A stretch of 64,000 nt of DNA from contig OZ059898.1 of the NCBI GenBank assembly GCA_964057225.1, positions 15,872,001 through 15,936,000 of the forward strand. The letters are read 5' to 3'. Numbering within the stretch: position 1 is the first letter of the stretch; each line of letters begins with the position of its first letter. Both the position numbers and the translations under genes were made by a program. The notes beneath the pieces were generated by a model that did no database searches, was not told the DNA's origin, and saw only the letters and a list, made by a program, of their open reading frames with translations. Below are positions 1 to 12,514 of this stretch, one piece after another. This stretch comes from Auanema rhodensis (Eukaryota > Animalia > Nematoda).

Positions 1-221
1 TTTTTAAAATTATCAAAAAAGCTAATTGGGATCTCATCACTAGATCGTTCAGTGATCATATTCGTTGTACAACGTGGTGTATGATTGTGATTCTGGTGTG
101 GCTTTTAGACTAAATCTCATTTTTGATTCAACTTTAAATTAAAAAAAAAAAGAATGGGAAGATTCTATCAAACTTTTATTTTATGAATACAATTGAATCA
201 GTTATATACAACTTCTACTTC

Positions 222-1904
222 TTAGTTAAAAAATATTTGAACTTGGAGCTCTGGAGTTTTGTAGAAAAATTTTTAAAATAAGCTGTTTCGATCCTTTTCT
301 TATAGTTTTATTGAATATGATATATACAATAGCTGGTAACCCTCAAAAATAATAATAAAGCTTAACTATATGTAATTAATTATATAATAATACCTGCACT
401 AGTTTGATGAACAAGAAAAGTAATTTGATGTAAAATATCATTATATATACCAATATATATAGCAAATGAATATACAATGGAACAATAAGCATTTGCAGCA
501 CATACTATTGATGTTTGAGCAAATATCTTTAATTTTAAATAATTTAATTACAAAAAATAAATTTATATAGTTTAGTTTTTTAATTATCTACAACTGATCT
601 GCTAGCTCAGCCGATGGGATCTTATGATTTAACAAAAGAACTTTTGAGAATTATTTTGTTAACTGACTTTACTAGTTTGTTTAATTTCCTTGAATATTTA
701 GATTCAACTTTTGTATAAAACTGATGTAATATCATAATGTCAAAAAGTGATGTAAAGAATTTCAAAAAAGAAAAAAATAACTCTGACCTGATGTTGAATA
801 CGTCTATGAAAATTGCTAACATTTGACATTTCACGAAATCTTTTTGATAACAATATCCAATATCCAATATATAATATACATGTAATTCCAACAATAAAAA
901 TATTATTAAAATGTAAAAAATCATTACTATACTATATAAAAATAATTATTAAATTATAAATATTTTTACTTACTAGATGATGATATTCAGGATATATATC
1001 TGGATCAAATGTTGATGTACCTAATCTATTATTATATATAACAGGTTTAGTAAATAAAAAGAAATGTAAACCATATAGTAATGAAAAAATAAAATATATA
1101 ATCAGTTTTGTTTCAGAAAAAAAGATATTCATAACTTCTTGACTGAAATATAAATATATTTAATATTTACATATACTATATTATAAGTTTTTACCGAACT
1201 CTGGTAATATCAAACAATCGATTAATTACTAAATATAAACAAAATAAACTTATTATAGACCAGAACACTTAAAAAATCAAATGTAATAAAATAATCGAAG
1301 AAAAAAAACTTACAGACATGAAAGCATCCCGTAATATAAAAAAGATTTGGATATTCACAGAATAAAATACCATTATACATAAAAAAAGCTGAATATTTAA
1401 TATTTAATATAACTTATTCAGTAAATATTTAATATTATTTTATAATTATAAAATTAAATTTTATGAAAATACTTTTGAATAAAAAAAAAATAAAAAGGAT
1501 TTGACAACTTTTAAAATAAAATAAAATATACCAATTATTCCATTAAGAGTTATATTTAATAACATATTATTTATACTTAATATAAACATAATTTTATAAC
1601 TTATAATATTAATATATTGTTTTATAACAAATAAACAAATCACAAATAATATCTAAATGATATTAGTTTATTAAAGTTAAAATATTATATTTATAATTCT
1701 GGCTTATACCTCAGTTATAATACCATAAGTACAAGCTAAGATAGCCCATATAGGCTTTTTATTACGTTCTGAATCTGCTATATCCATGGAAAATCCACTA
1801 AGAAACATTCCATTTTAATAAAAAAATTAAATAAACTTATAAGAATACCTGCAGTTATATAAAGGATTCATTGTAATAGTATGATAATATAGGAATTGAT
1901 TCAT
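222..1904 (-). CDS. Serpentine chemoreceptor GPCR, Srt (class T) family, multi-exon
   Basis: Minus-strand exons give MNQFLYYHTITMNPLYNC (ATG 1904), YKIMFILSINNMLL, FMYNGILFCEYPNLFYITG, FTKPVIYN..FDP, QIFAQTS and GLPAIVYIIFNKTIRK, in the motif order of nematode Srt receptors. The 3' end (TAA 222-224) and exact exon boundaries are approximate. Confidence 0.72.
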
Positions 1905-2483
1905 GATTGTCAAGTTGCTAAAGCTGTGATGCCGCCTTCTTTGGGATGTTGTTGAGATGAATCTAACTTGAATATACGTATATAATAAAAATATATAAAA
2001 AGTAAGTATACGATATAGTATATTAAATAATAAAATAATACATTTAATAGCGAATTATAAGAAAGTTGTGATATTTCATAATAAAAATGAAAATTTTATA
2101 ATTAAATATTAAAATATTTATGAATTATAATGTTTTAATAATAATAATAATTCAAATTATTTTGCTTTTTCTGAGAGAAATACAGTTTAGAATTCAAATG
2201 AAATGAGCTATAATAGAGATATAAAGATATTAAATGGAAATTGATATCTCTATCTGGTACAAGCAAAGATATTTGTTAATCAGAATTCAGATCAATACTT
2301 GTATTTGATCAAATATAACTACAAATATCAAATATTAATAGTAAAAACATGCAATCTTCATCAGTTATTCATGGAATAACTAGGATGAGCATACTAGCTA
2401 ACAACCATTGATGCTTCGCACTTCGTGACTCTGTAATACTATCTCGTGAAAGAAGGTTGTGGATAAAACAGAAGGAGAGCAAG

Positions 2484-5400
2484 ATGACTTCTAGACATAG
2501 TCGATTTCGATTCTCAGGTATATATCTCAAATCATTTTCATATAAATATAAAAATTCATTTAGATCAAGATGATAACCGATCGTTACAAGGATTTTCGGA
2601 TAATTTCAACACATATCTTGCATCTGATACGGATTTTCTTCATGTTTCTAATATAATGACAACATATGTGCATGGAGAAAGTATGAATGATAATGATAAA
2701 GAAATACAAGTTTGCATTTTTCTGGTAAAAAAAGTTTAAAAAAATGAAATTTTTCAGTGTGATCTGTTAACAGAGGATGGAGGTCTACAACTTGATCCAA
2801 CAAGACTATCTTATCAGTATTAAACTTGAATTGTTGATATGTATATTGTAAGCAATATCCTTCTAGCGAACGACTTCGATGGCATTTAAAAGAATTTTGT
2901 TATAAAACGTCCAGCCATGGAATTCCAATGCTTGGTTCAGCTCCAAATATCATGTACAAGTGAGTTAATTTTTGAAATAAATGAAAAGAAATATATTTTT
3001 AAAGATCTGTATGGCTAATACTATTATGTTGTTGCATCTGTTCATTTATATATCAAGCAGTAGCTGTTGTTGAAAAATATATGAAAATGGATAAAATAAC
3101 TGATATTCAATTAAAGTTTGATACAGGTTTTTATATGAATATTGAAACTTATTTCAAATAACTTTAGCACCTTTTCCTTCTATTACTCTTTGTAATTTGA
3201 ATCCATATAAAGATAGTTTAATAAGAAATGAAGAAACAATCAGCAAAATTGTGAGTTGGATATGCTATTTCATCATTCAATTCTTTGTTCACAGCTTGGT
3301 GTATTCGAAAAAGTGATGTCAGATGCTGGAGCTGGAAATGCTGATCAATCTCGAGAAAATCTGGGAAGCATTTCATTGAGCGCAACAAGAATGCGTCGTG
3401 CAGGAGACAAAGGAAACCTGGAGCCGGTAGTTCAAATACGAAGAATACTAGAAAGATGAGTACTATTACAGGTTAATGCTGTATGCAGTTGTGAAGAAAG
3501 TTCAGAATGTGAGGTTGAAACGGACGAAGTGAGGTTAAATAAGGTTCTTATTGATGTCTGAAGCATTTTTAGCAAAAACGAAAATCAGCAGTTGAGTTAG
3601 AAGAAGAAGCAATGTGTATATGTGCGTTTGATCGAGTTACTGAAGATGCTTGGCCATGCCATCAAAAGGTTCAAAAACAAAAAAATAACACAGAATTGCT
3701 CATTCTGAATAATTTAGATTGATTGGAAAAACACTACGTGTCATTTCTGTGATGATATACATAATACTTGCGAACATAAATTGAAACGTGGTGATAAAAG
3801 AAAGAAATCTAAGATACCTTGTTTATGTGAAGAACGACTGAAATTCTGTCTTCGATGGGATCGTGTATGTGTATCTCTTGAATATGCAAAAGTACAATTA
3901 AACTTTTAGCAGCAAATTATTGAAAACCTATGGGACATACTGGGTGCTATAAGCTATATTGATGCTTCATCAGAAGAAACCGAGGCTTTAGGTTTTGGAG
4001 TAAGTTGATGCTATATTTCTATTAACAACTATAACTATACATATTTTTATTTTATATAATAATAATAAGCATATAAACTTTTTTCAGAATATGACAGATG
4101 AAGTGGCTATTGTGACAAAAGCTAAAGAAAATATTATTTTTGCAATGAGTGCATTAAGTGCTGAACAGAGGTAATGATGAGATGCTGCTTGCTGTTTTCT
4201 ATCATTAGCCATATTTCAGAAGAAATATGTCTCAAGCAAAACATAATTTAATACATAAATGTTCTTTTAATGGAAAACCATGTGATATTGATAAGTAAAA
4301 GATTTTAATATTAGAAAGTATTATAATTTTTATATATTTAAAGAGATTTTGCTATAACAGCCGATCCCACTTTTGGTAATTGCTTTACTTTCAATCATGA
4401 TCGCAATATAACAAAGAGTAGTATTCGAGCTGGACCTATGTATGGTAGTATCCGCTTTCTACTTCAAAAATAATAATCACGATTAATTAAGGTTTACGTG
4501 TGATGTTATTCGTTAATGCATCTGATTACCTACCAACATCTGAAGCTGTCGGCGTTCGCTTAACTATACACGACCAAGAAGAATTTCCCTTTCCGGTAAT
4601 TTTAATCGTCGAGTCATTTTTCAGATTAAACGATTGATTTCTAAACTAAAAAATATTTATATCAAGAATAAACCAGATGTAATGATTAATGATTTAACTA
4701 TAGGATACTTTCGGATACAGCGCTCCGACAGGATACATATCGTCATTTGGAATGCGTATGGTAAGCCAGTTTCTTAACACATAATGTGAATGTAGTACAG
4801 ACATTATTAGCAATGAAAAGCTTTTTCAATAGAAATATTTTTATGTTCGAAAATAATATTTTGAATTGAAATCATACATACAAGTCCCATGATACACATA
4901 TAGTTCATATTGGTAATTGCTTTATTTTTTTTGTAGAAAAAGATGTCTCGTCTTCCAGCTCCATATGGTGATTGTGTAGCTGAAGGTGGAACAGGGAATT
5001 ATATTTATAAAGGATATGCATATTCAACAGAAGTAAGCATAATATGTAACATAACAGTATAAACTTATAACAATAATCATAAGGGGGGGGGGGGAATAGA
5101 ATAAGTGAGAAGGAGAGAGAAAGAAAGAGAGAGGGAGAGGTTCTAAAAATGAAAAAGACTAGTACCAAACAAATATAATATTTGAATATAAAAAAATACT
5201 ATAGGGCTGTTATCGTACTTGTTTCCAACAACTGATCATAGATCGATGTGGCTGTGGTGATCCTCGATTTCCAACTATCGATGATGTTCCATTATGTCAG
5301 GTTTTCAACAAAAATCATCGTAAGTTATTTCACAAAATAATACAACTATCTACAGATATTTGCAAGATTGTAAGATGTCCTAGTAAATTGCACTATACTA

Positions 5401-6437
5401 TATAGTATAATATTGAGTATAATACGACAAATTACAAATATTTTAACGATAATGAAGAAAAAAGAATTTTGATTTTCTTAGGTGATTGCCTTGAACGTAG
5501 TTCGCACGAGTTGGGTGATATTCATGGCTCTTTCAAATGCAGGTATTATCTTAATGATATGATGATAATACATTTGTAATGATTTCATGTATATCACATG
5601 TTTTTCAGATGTCAACAGCCATGTAATCAAACTGTATATACTATGTCGTATTCCGAAGCTATTTGGCCATCACAATCCTTGAACATATCTCTTGGAACAT
5701 GTGAAAAAACCCAAGAAGAGTGCAATGAAGAATATCAGTAAGTGTTATCAATTATCTGTCAACTACCACATTACCAATTAATCATCGGAAAGAACTTTTT
5801 TTTATTTCAGAGAAAATGCTGCTATGTTGGAAGTTTTTTATGAAGCTCTTAACTTTGAAGTTTTAACAGAATCTGAAGCTTATGGAGTAAGATATTATAA
5901 TATAATTTGAGGAAATAACTATTTTACATTTTTCTTTATAAATATTGAAGATTGTGAAAATGCTTGCTGATTTTGGAGGACAACTTGGTTTATGGTCAGG
6001 AGTATCGTTTATGACAATCTGTGAATTCATTTGTCTTGGTTGTGAACTACTTTATATGGTATTCCTAACAGTTTTTATTATTAATTTTATATAATTTTAC
6101 ATAGCCATATACACAAAACAACGTATGGTTAAAATAATTTTTTTAAAATGAAAAACAATTGAGAATTTAATCATTTCACGCACGTGACACGTGTTCAATG
6201 CCGAACTTGACGTGGCATGTGTTATTTAATTGTTTTGGAGGGTACAAAGAGCGGTTGCATATTTTCCATAAGATCAATTCAAAATCAAAATCATATATTA
6301 ATTTTTATTTTAAAATAAATAAAATAAAATAAACTTATATTTAATTATATTTATGAATTAAATATGTTTTTAAGATTGGGATGCATCATTGGCAAAAATA
6401 TAAACGACGACAATTTGAACGAATGTGTGATGACTGA
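2484..6437 (+). CDS. mec-10: DEG/ENaC mechanosensory channel subunit, MEC-10 orthologue (many short introns)
   Basis: Exons translate to [118 protein letters not shown] and [15 protein letters not shown]. These match C. elegans MEC-10 as recalled, including its N-terminus. ATG 2484; TGA 6435-6437. Confidence 0.9.
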
Positions 6438-7578
6438 TAAACGAAAAAATATAAATTATTATTAAATAATTAACAATATTCTAATTATATATTATATAAT
6501 AATAAAAATATAATATAAATAAACTTTTATTATTTTTGGAAATAAACAACAGTTCATCTTTCAAAATGATAAATTTGTAATTTGTGCATAACGTTTCATC
6601 TTCAAATTAGAAATCAAATGATTTTTATGTCAATCTAACCATATAAATAAATATTTTGATCATATTAACATTTTATTTTATTATATTTTATGTTATTTAA
6701 TCAAATGTAAAGACAAAATCCTGTATAAGTAAAGACTTTATTTGTCCTTTTATTTAGATAATCATTTTCAATATATTTCATGGTCACAGATCAAATGAAA
6801 TCTTATAAAAGGCCAAATTCTTTCTTATATTTTTTCAATTTTGGTACATGTTCATCACGTAATTCATTTTCTGTATTACTGTAATTTTATGTTCAAATTA
6901 ACAAAAATTTGTTTGAATCTTCATTTCAATTCCATAAACTAATTTATTTCATTCAAAAATTGATATTATTTACTAATTATACTATATATATATATATACA
7001 TATAATTATATAAAAGAATTTAAATTTATAAATCTTCAGTATTGGTATTACTGGTATCCTCTCTCCCCCCTTCTCTTTTTTCTCTTTTAATTTTCTTGTC
7101 AATGTGGTTATCCTTGCTACTTATATCCTTAAAGAAGCATTTTTTTCTATTTTATAATCTTTTACCATATTTATCTCTGGAACTAATTTCTATAATCAAA
7201 ATGAAATGTGGGAAATGTTGTAAGTTGTATATATTCTGTAGTCAATTTAGATGATTTTTTTGACCTGCTCAACAAATCTAATTTTCACTATCTACGATCA
7301 GCGAATATATTCCATGTTTTCACTTTTCTAGAACATAAAAAATTCGAGATAATGGTGAAATCGTGAAAAGCCTGTACGGGAGTCTTGGACTTATGAAGAT
7401 CTTCGAAACAAGAATTTTCCAATGTTGCCAACCAACTTTGTATTCAACTCATCAAGATTTAGAATGAATATGAAAAATTTTCTGATATTTCAATTTTTTG
7501 GACAATTTGGTTATTGAAATGCCTAAAAGTCATGATGATAAAAGAGAAATAAAACGCGGAAATAATCAAAAGAGGAAT

Positions 7579-7623
7579 GAGAGAGAGAGAGAGAAAGAGA
7601 GATAAAGAGGAGAGCTAGAGGAA

Positions 7624-7655
<32 letters not shown>

Positions 7656-7668
7656 CGAGAGAGAGAGC

Positions 7669-7700
<32 letters not shown>

Positions 7701-7731
7701 AAGAGAGAGAGAGAAAGAGAGAGAGAGAGAG
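7579..7731. repeat. (GA)n microsatellite, imperfect
   Basis: Long GA dinucleotide run seen directly. Confidence 0.9.
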
Positions 7732-9137
7732 TAGAAAAATGACTGTCTAGATGGACGAGGACTGGGTCGCTCTACACAGAAGGAAATATGGCTGGGTAGG
7801 TCTGCACAGAAGGAAAGACGATAGGAATTTGGCTTCAGATCTTGTTTTTTGTAGAGAAGACAACTGTCTAGTCACTGGGATAGTGGTTAAATGATAGATT
7901 AAAAGAGATAGAGAGAGTTGAGGAAGTAAGAGAAATAATAACATAGGTGCTAGGAGATTTCGGATACGATGGAATCTGAGAGAGTAGAAAGGGTATTCGG
8001 AAATTGATGGGCTAGATTCACGTCGTTAGATTGATTTGACCATGTACATTTCCAAAGACACAAAGATATTCAGCGAGACAGCCAATGAGAGTGAGAAGCG
8101 AATAATGAAAGCCAGGCGAATTCAGATGAAGATAGAGAGAGTGACAGATAAGGAGATAAAGATAGAGAGAGAGAGAAAGAGAGACAGAAAGAATCAGAGA
8201 GAGACAGAGAAAAGATAAAGATAGACGTTTAACAAGAAATGGATATATACTCACACGCACATTCTAATACTAAATCACGTATATCATTCAGAGTATCTTC
8301 GGAAGACCAGCTAATCAGATGATGGCGTTGTCGTTGCCCATGATGACAATGTTGTCTGTCATCGTCATCATTGCCCTCGTTGATGACACATTCACACTCT
8401 CACCTACATCAAATTTCTGTTTTTTTTGGCTCCGTGAAAACCGCATTCCCTTATAGAAAACTTCTACATTGATATGATTGGCCTTAGCCACACCGGCTTC
8501 ATTGACCAGAGTTTCGCTATATGGGTTTGGATATAGTGCTGGCTAAGCGTTGATTGCATGGTTTATCCTCATAATCGTTTCCTGTCCTTCTCTCTGAATT
8601 AGCCTGTAGCAAAGAATGACCTTGAGGAGTAGCACATCCCTCTCTTTTCATTCCCTTTCTTTTTCTCTCTCTCTCTCTCTTTCTTTCTCTTCAATCTAAA
8701 TTTTTCCTAAATCTGCTGCCAATCTATGCATCTTTCTATCCATCGAATCCTAAACTCCGTCTCTCATTTCTCAATTTCGCTCTTACACGATTCATAGAAA
8801 TTTAGCAGTCTATGTTAGTGAATGAAGATTTGCCATTCATCAGATCTTCATCAAGTTTTTCCATTGTTGACGAAAATAACCAAAACACTTAGTATATTCA
8901 TATGATATTTTTATTTTTAAATTATAAATCTGTTGAGATCTGTTCTTGATTACAATCTCCGTTAATATCTAAGTTTGTTTGACACCAATTACTGAACCGT
9001 AACCGTTTTTCCAATCATCCACTTCATGAATGCATCACCTATCCGTAAAATAATTTTCTATATTTTTCTGTTTTTTCTTTCTCTCTATCTATCTCTCTCA
9101 CTACTCACTCACTTACTCTTTCTCTCTCTCAATCTCT

Positions 9138-9140
<3 letters not shown>

Positions 9141-9228
<88 letters not shown>
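9141..9228. repeat. (CT)n microsatellite
   Basis: Near-perfect TC run of about 44 units. Confidence 0.95.
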
Positions 9229-9232
<4 letters not shown>

Positions 9233-10395
9233 ATTCTATTATCTGCTTGTTATCTTAACTTTATTCTTTAATACTCATACTTTTCTTCCGTTCAGTTTCA
9301 TAATTACAATAATAAACTATTATACTTAATGCTTCTTAAACAAAACTATCATTTTTTACTCGTCTCATGTCAACAAAGATTTTTTAATTATTCTTACTTA
9401 TTAGTAACATATTCCCTTGTATATTCTCATTATTTCTGAATATGAAATATTATTTTCCCTCTATCTCAATGACCGCTTCCATGCTTATTGTCTGTATTCG
9501 GGAAACCAAGGTCGATCTCCTTTTATCCCTTAACCTTCCCGCTCTGCCCCTTTTTCACTGTTCGTCTGTTCTTCATTCCCTAACTTTCCCTCCTTCAATT
9601 GCGATTTAGATTCCATATTCTTTTCCTCCATTTAACCTTCATCAGTATTTTTAATAGACTGCCTTTTCCTCATTGAATTATCTTCAAGTTTTAATAAGAA
9701 AAAACGTTTTTGGTTTTTTTCCCAATACAATAGTTAATTAGAAGAAAATTTCCTTTATTATCTACATCATCTTTAATCAAAATTTATTATATTTCTTTAT
9801 TTATTTAAAATATATTGTATTACGACTTATTCACATAATAAAATTAATGAAAAGAACATCATTCATGAAATTATTTCTAAACTTCTTATCTAATCAGCTT
9901 CAACTAATACTTTTTCTTTGTTTATATGCTCTCACTTCTACTTTTCGAGTCAATAATACTCAATTTTATCAAAAATAAATTTAAGAATACAATTATCAAA
10001 CAGACATTTTTATCTTTAAAAAATATTTATTTCTTCATAACTTATTTTATTTTTATTTTTAAAAGAAAATATACAATGCGTAAAATCCAATATAATCTTT
10101 TTTTCTTGTTATATCTATATCCAAATTTATCCAAATAAATCCTGAATATAATCGGATTTAATTCAAATTTTTAAAAAAATTTTGCTTCAAATATCAGTCA
10201 GTCTGTACTACAAGTAAAATCCTCGATTGTGTTCATCGTCATGAATCGTTCAACTGTCACTTTAAATCTTGTTCCACGCATACATACATACATACATACA
10301 CACACAGGATTCTGAAGACTTAGATTTTGATTGCTGCTTCGTTTTGGCTTAAAATAATAAATTTTTTAAACATTATTATGTATAATATTTTCAGC

Positions 10396-12129
10396 ATGGA
10401 TGTTATTCTCTATCTAATAGTGTTACTTATTTTCATTTTTGGAGTTATATATTTACTTTATATTCCTCTACCATATGATATAGCTGATCGAAAAAAGTTA
10501 CAATTCTTTGAAATTGTTATGAGATTATCGAATGAATACTTAGTAAGATACAGATAAAGAATACTATTTTTCATCATTAAAATATTTTTCAGGGTGATAT
10601 TATTGAAAATTCTCTTGGTGCTCGACCAAGAAATACATTTACACGATTTTTAATGCGTATAGCTTTTCTTATACCATTCAGATGTCCTGAAGATGTTAAT
10701 GTAATATAACAATTTTTAATTTAAAAACTAAAAACTTAATATAGGTTCATAATGATGTAATTGGCGGTGTACGTGTTCGTGTATATACTCCATTAGAAAA
10801 AAAAAGTAAATCTGCTATGATTTACATACATGGTGGAGGATGGTCTGTTATGAAGCCAGGTCATTGACAAACTTATTAAAAATACTAAAGATTATAAAAC
10901 AAACATTTTATTAATAATAGAAATTACAGAATATTACGATCCAATGATGTTTTCTTTTGTTCATAATCTGGGTATAACGATATTTTCGGTAGATTATCGT
11001 TTAGCTCCTGAATTTCCATACCCAGCTGCGGTTGAAGATTGTGAAAAAGTTGCAACGACACTGTACAACGAAAGGTTATATTATTAATAATTATATTCCA
11101 GTAGCTTCATTATCAAACTTTTCAGATATGAATATTATGACATTGACCGGAATAATCTGATAATTGGAGGAGATAGTGCTGGAGGTAATCTTACGGCTGT
11201 TACTTGTCAACGATTATTAAGCAAAAACTTGAATTTCCTCAAGGTTCAAGCAGAATAACCTAATTCATAATTTCAATTAATGTAAATTTTTCAGTGTCAA
11301 ATACTTATTTATCCAGTTATTCACGTATTTGGTTTCCATTCACCATCTTACATGGAGCACTCCAAGTTGTTAGTTGCTTAATCAATGTTTGTGTTATAAT
11401 GAAATATCTGATTTTAGATTCAAAGGTACGTCTATACTGAGCCCTACAGCTATGGCTAGATGGTCACTTTTCTATATGGGAATTCGTACTAACGCTATGA
11501 ACATTTCCAAAATGTTGAGGAATGAGCATATATCAATGTAAAGTTTTTTATTCGAAAAAAAAATATAAATATATTCAGAGATCTTAAGCAATCACCTGAA
11601 TTCACAAAACTTTTGGATTATTCAAAATTACCAAAAGAAATATTGGCAAACTCCCAAGAGTTTCCAGACTCTCAGGTAAATGAAATATTAAATTTATTCA
11701 GCGGAGATAAGAATTTATTTTTTAAAAACAAAGTATGATATGAATACTAGTTTGAAAGATAAGTAATGAAAATATCAAAAATTATTTCAGCCAGATGAAG
11801 AACTAAGTGAAAAAGTGAGTCGAATAGGATCAAATCCATGGTTATCACCAATATTTGGAATCAATTCTCGACTTCCACCAACTTTAGTTATAACACAAGG
11901 TTACGATATATTAAGGTAATATAGTGAACCTTTAAAAATTGATTAATATTACATTTTAAAATTTAGAGATGAAGGTATTCTATATGCTAAAAGGTTACAA
12001 GAAGTTGGTGTACCATGTGTTTGGAAACATTATGAGAAAGGATACCATGGCATATTCAACATGCCAAAATCATCATTAAGAAGGCAAATAGCCGAAGATA
12101 CATATGAATATATTCGGAAATACATATAA
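10396..12129 (+). CDS. Arylacetamide deacetylase / neutral cholesterol ester hydrolase-like alpha/beta hydrolase (HSL/GDXG family), multi-exon
   Basis: N-terminal membrane anchor, HGGGW (~10829), SVDYRLAPEFPYP, GDSAGGN nucleophile (~11169), GYDILRDEG and YEKGYHG. The ATG follows TTTCAGC, a likely SL1 trans-splice acceptor. TAA at 12127-12129. Confidence 0.85.
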
Positions 12130-12463
12130 TACTAATAATTGAAATAGTTATCGCATAGTTATACATATATCATTCATCATCATCCCATATTCTAGTCAAA
12201 AATTTAATAATAAGAATGTTGCTCAAAAATAAACGTGTTTATCATGATATTTATATTAATACTGAACAATTTTACGGCCATACAAAATTTTTTCTGTCTC
12301 ACCATTAAGCGGACCAAAGCACTATCACAGCATCTCATTGAAGTTGAAAACATAACTTTTATTGTTTCCAAAGTGTTTCAGAACTGCATCTCTCACATGC
12401 TTCATGAACATAAAAGGTGAAGCAGAATAAAATGAAGTTGCATCGACTTGTTTTTAAAAATTT

Positions 12464-12513
12464 TGACCACTGAGCGGATCGAACGCTCAACCTTTCGATC
12501 TGGAGTCGAACGC
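12464..12513 (-). pseudogene. 5'-truncated tRNA-Trp(CCA): anticodon arm, T arm and 3' acceptor strand only
   Basis: Reverse complement GCGTTCGACTCCAGATCGAAAGGTTGAGCGTTCGATCCGCTCAGTGGTCA has a CCA anticodon loop and GTTCGATCC B box, followed by a TTTTT Pol III terminator. The 5' ~22 nt are replaced by satellite. Confidence 0.85.
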
Positions 12514-12514
12514 A

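Noticed and set aside
2484-6437. Assignment as unc-8 or mec-4
   Set aside because: The N-terminus (YLASDT.FL..EIQCDLLTE) and GIPMLG fit MEC-10 better.
622-10138. Short hydrophobic or low-complexity ORFs in the ORF track
   Set aside because: They are exon fragments of the spliced genes, or translations of microsatellites and AT-rich DNA.
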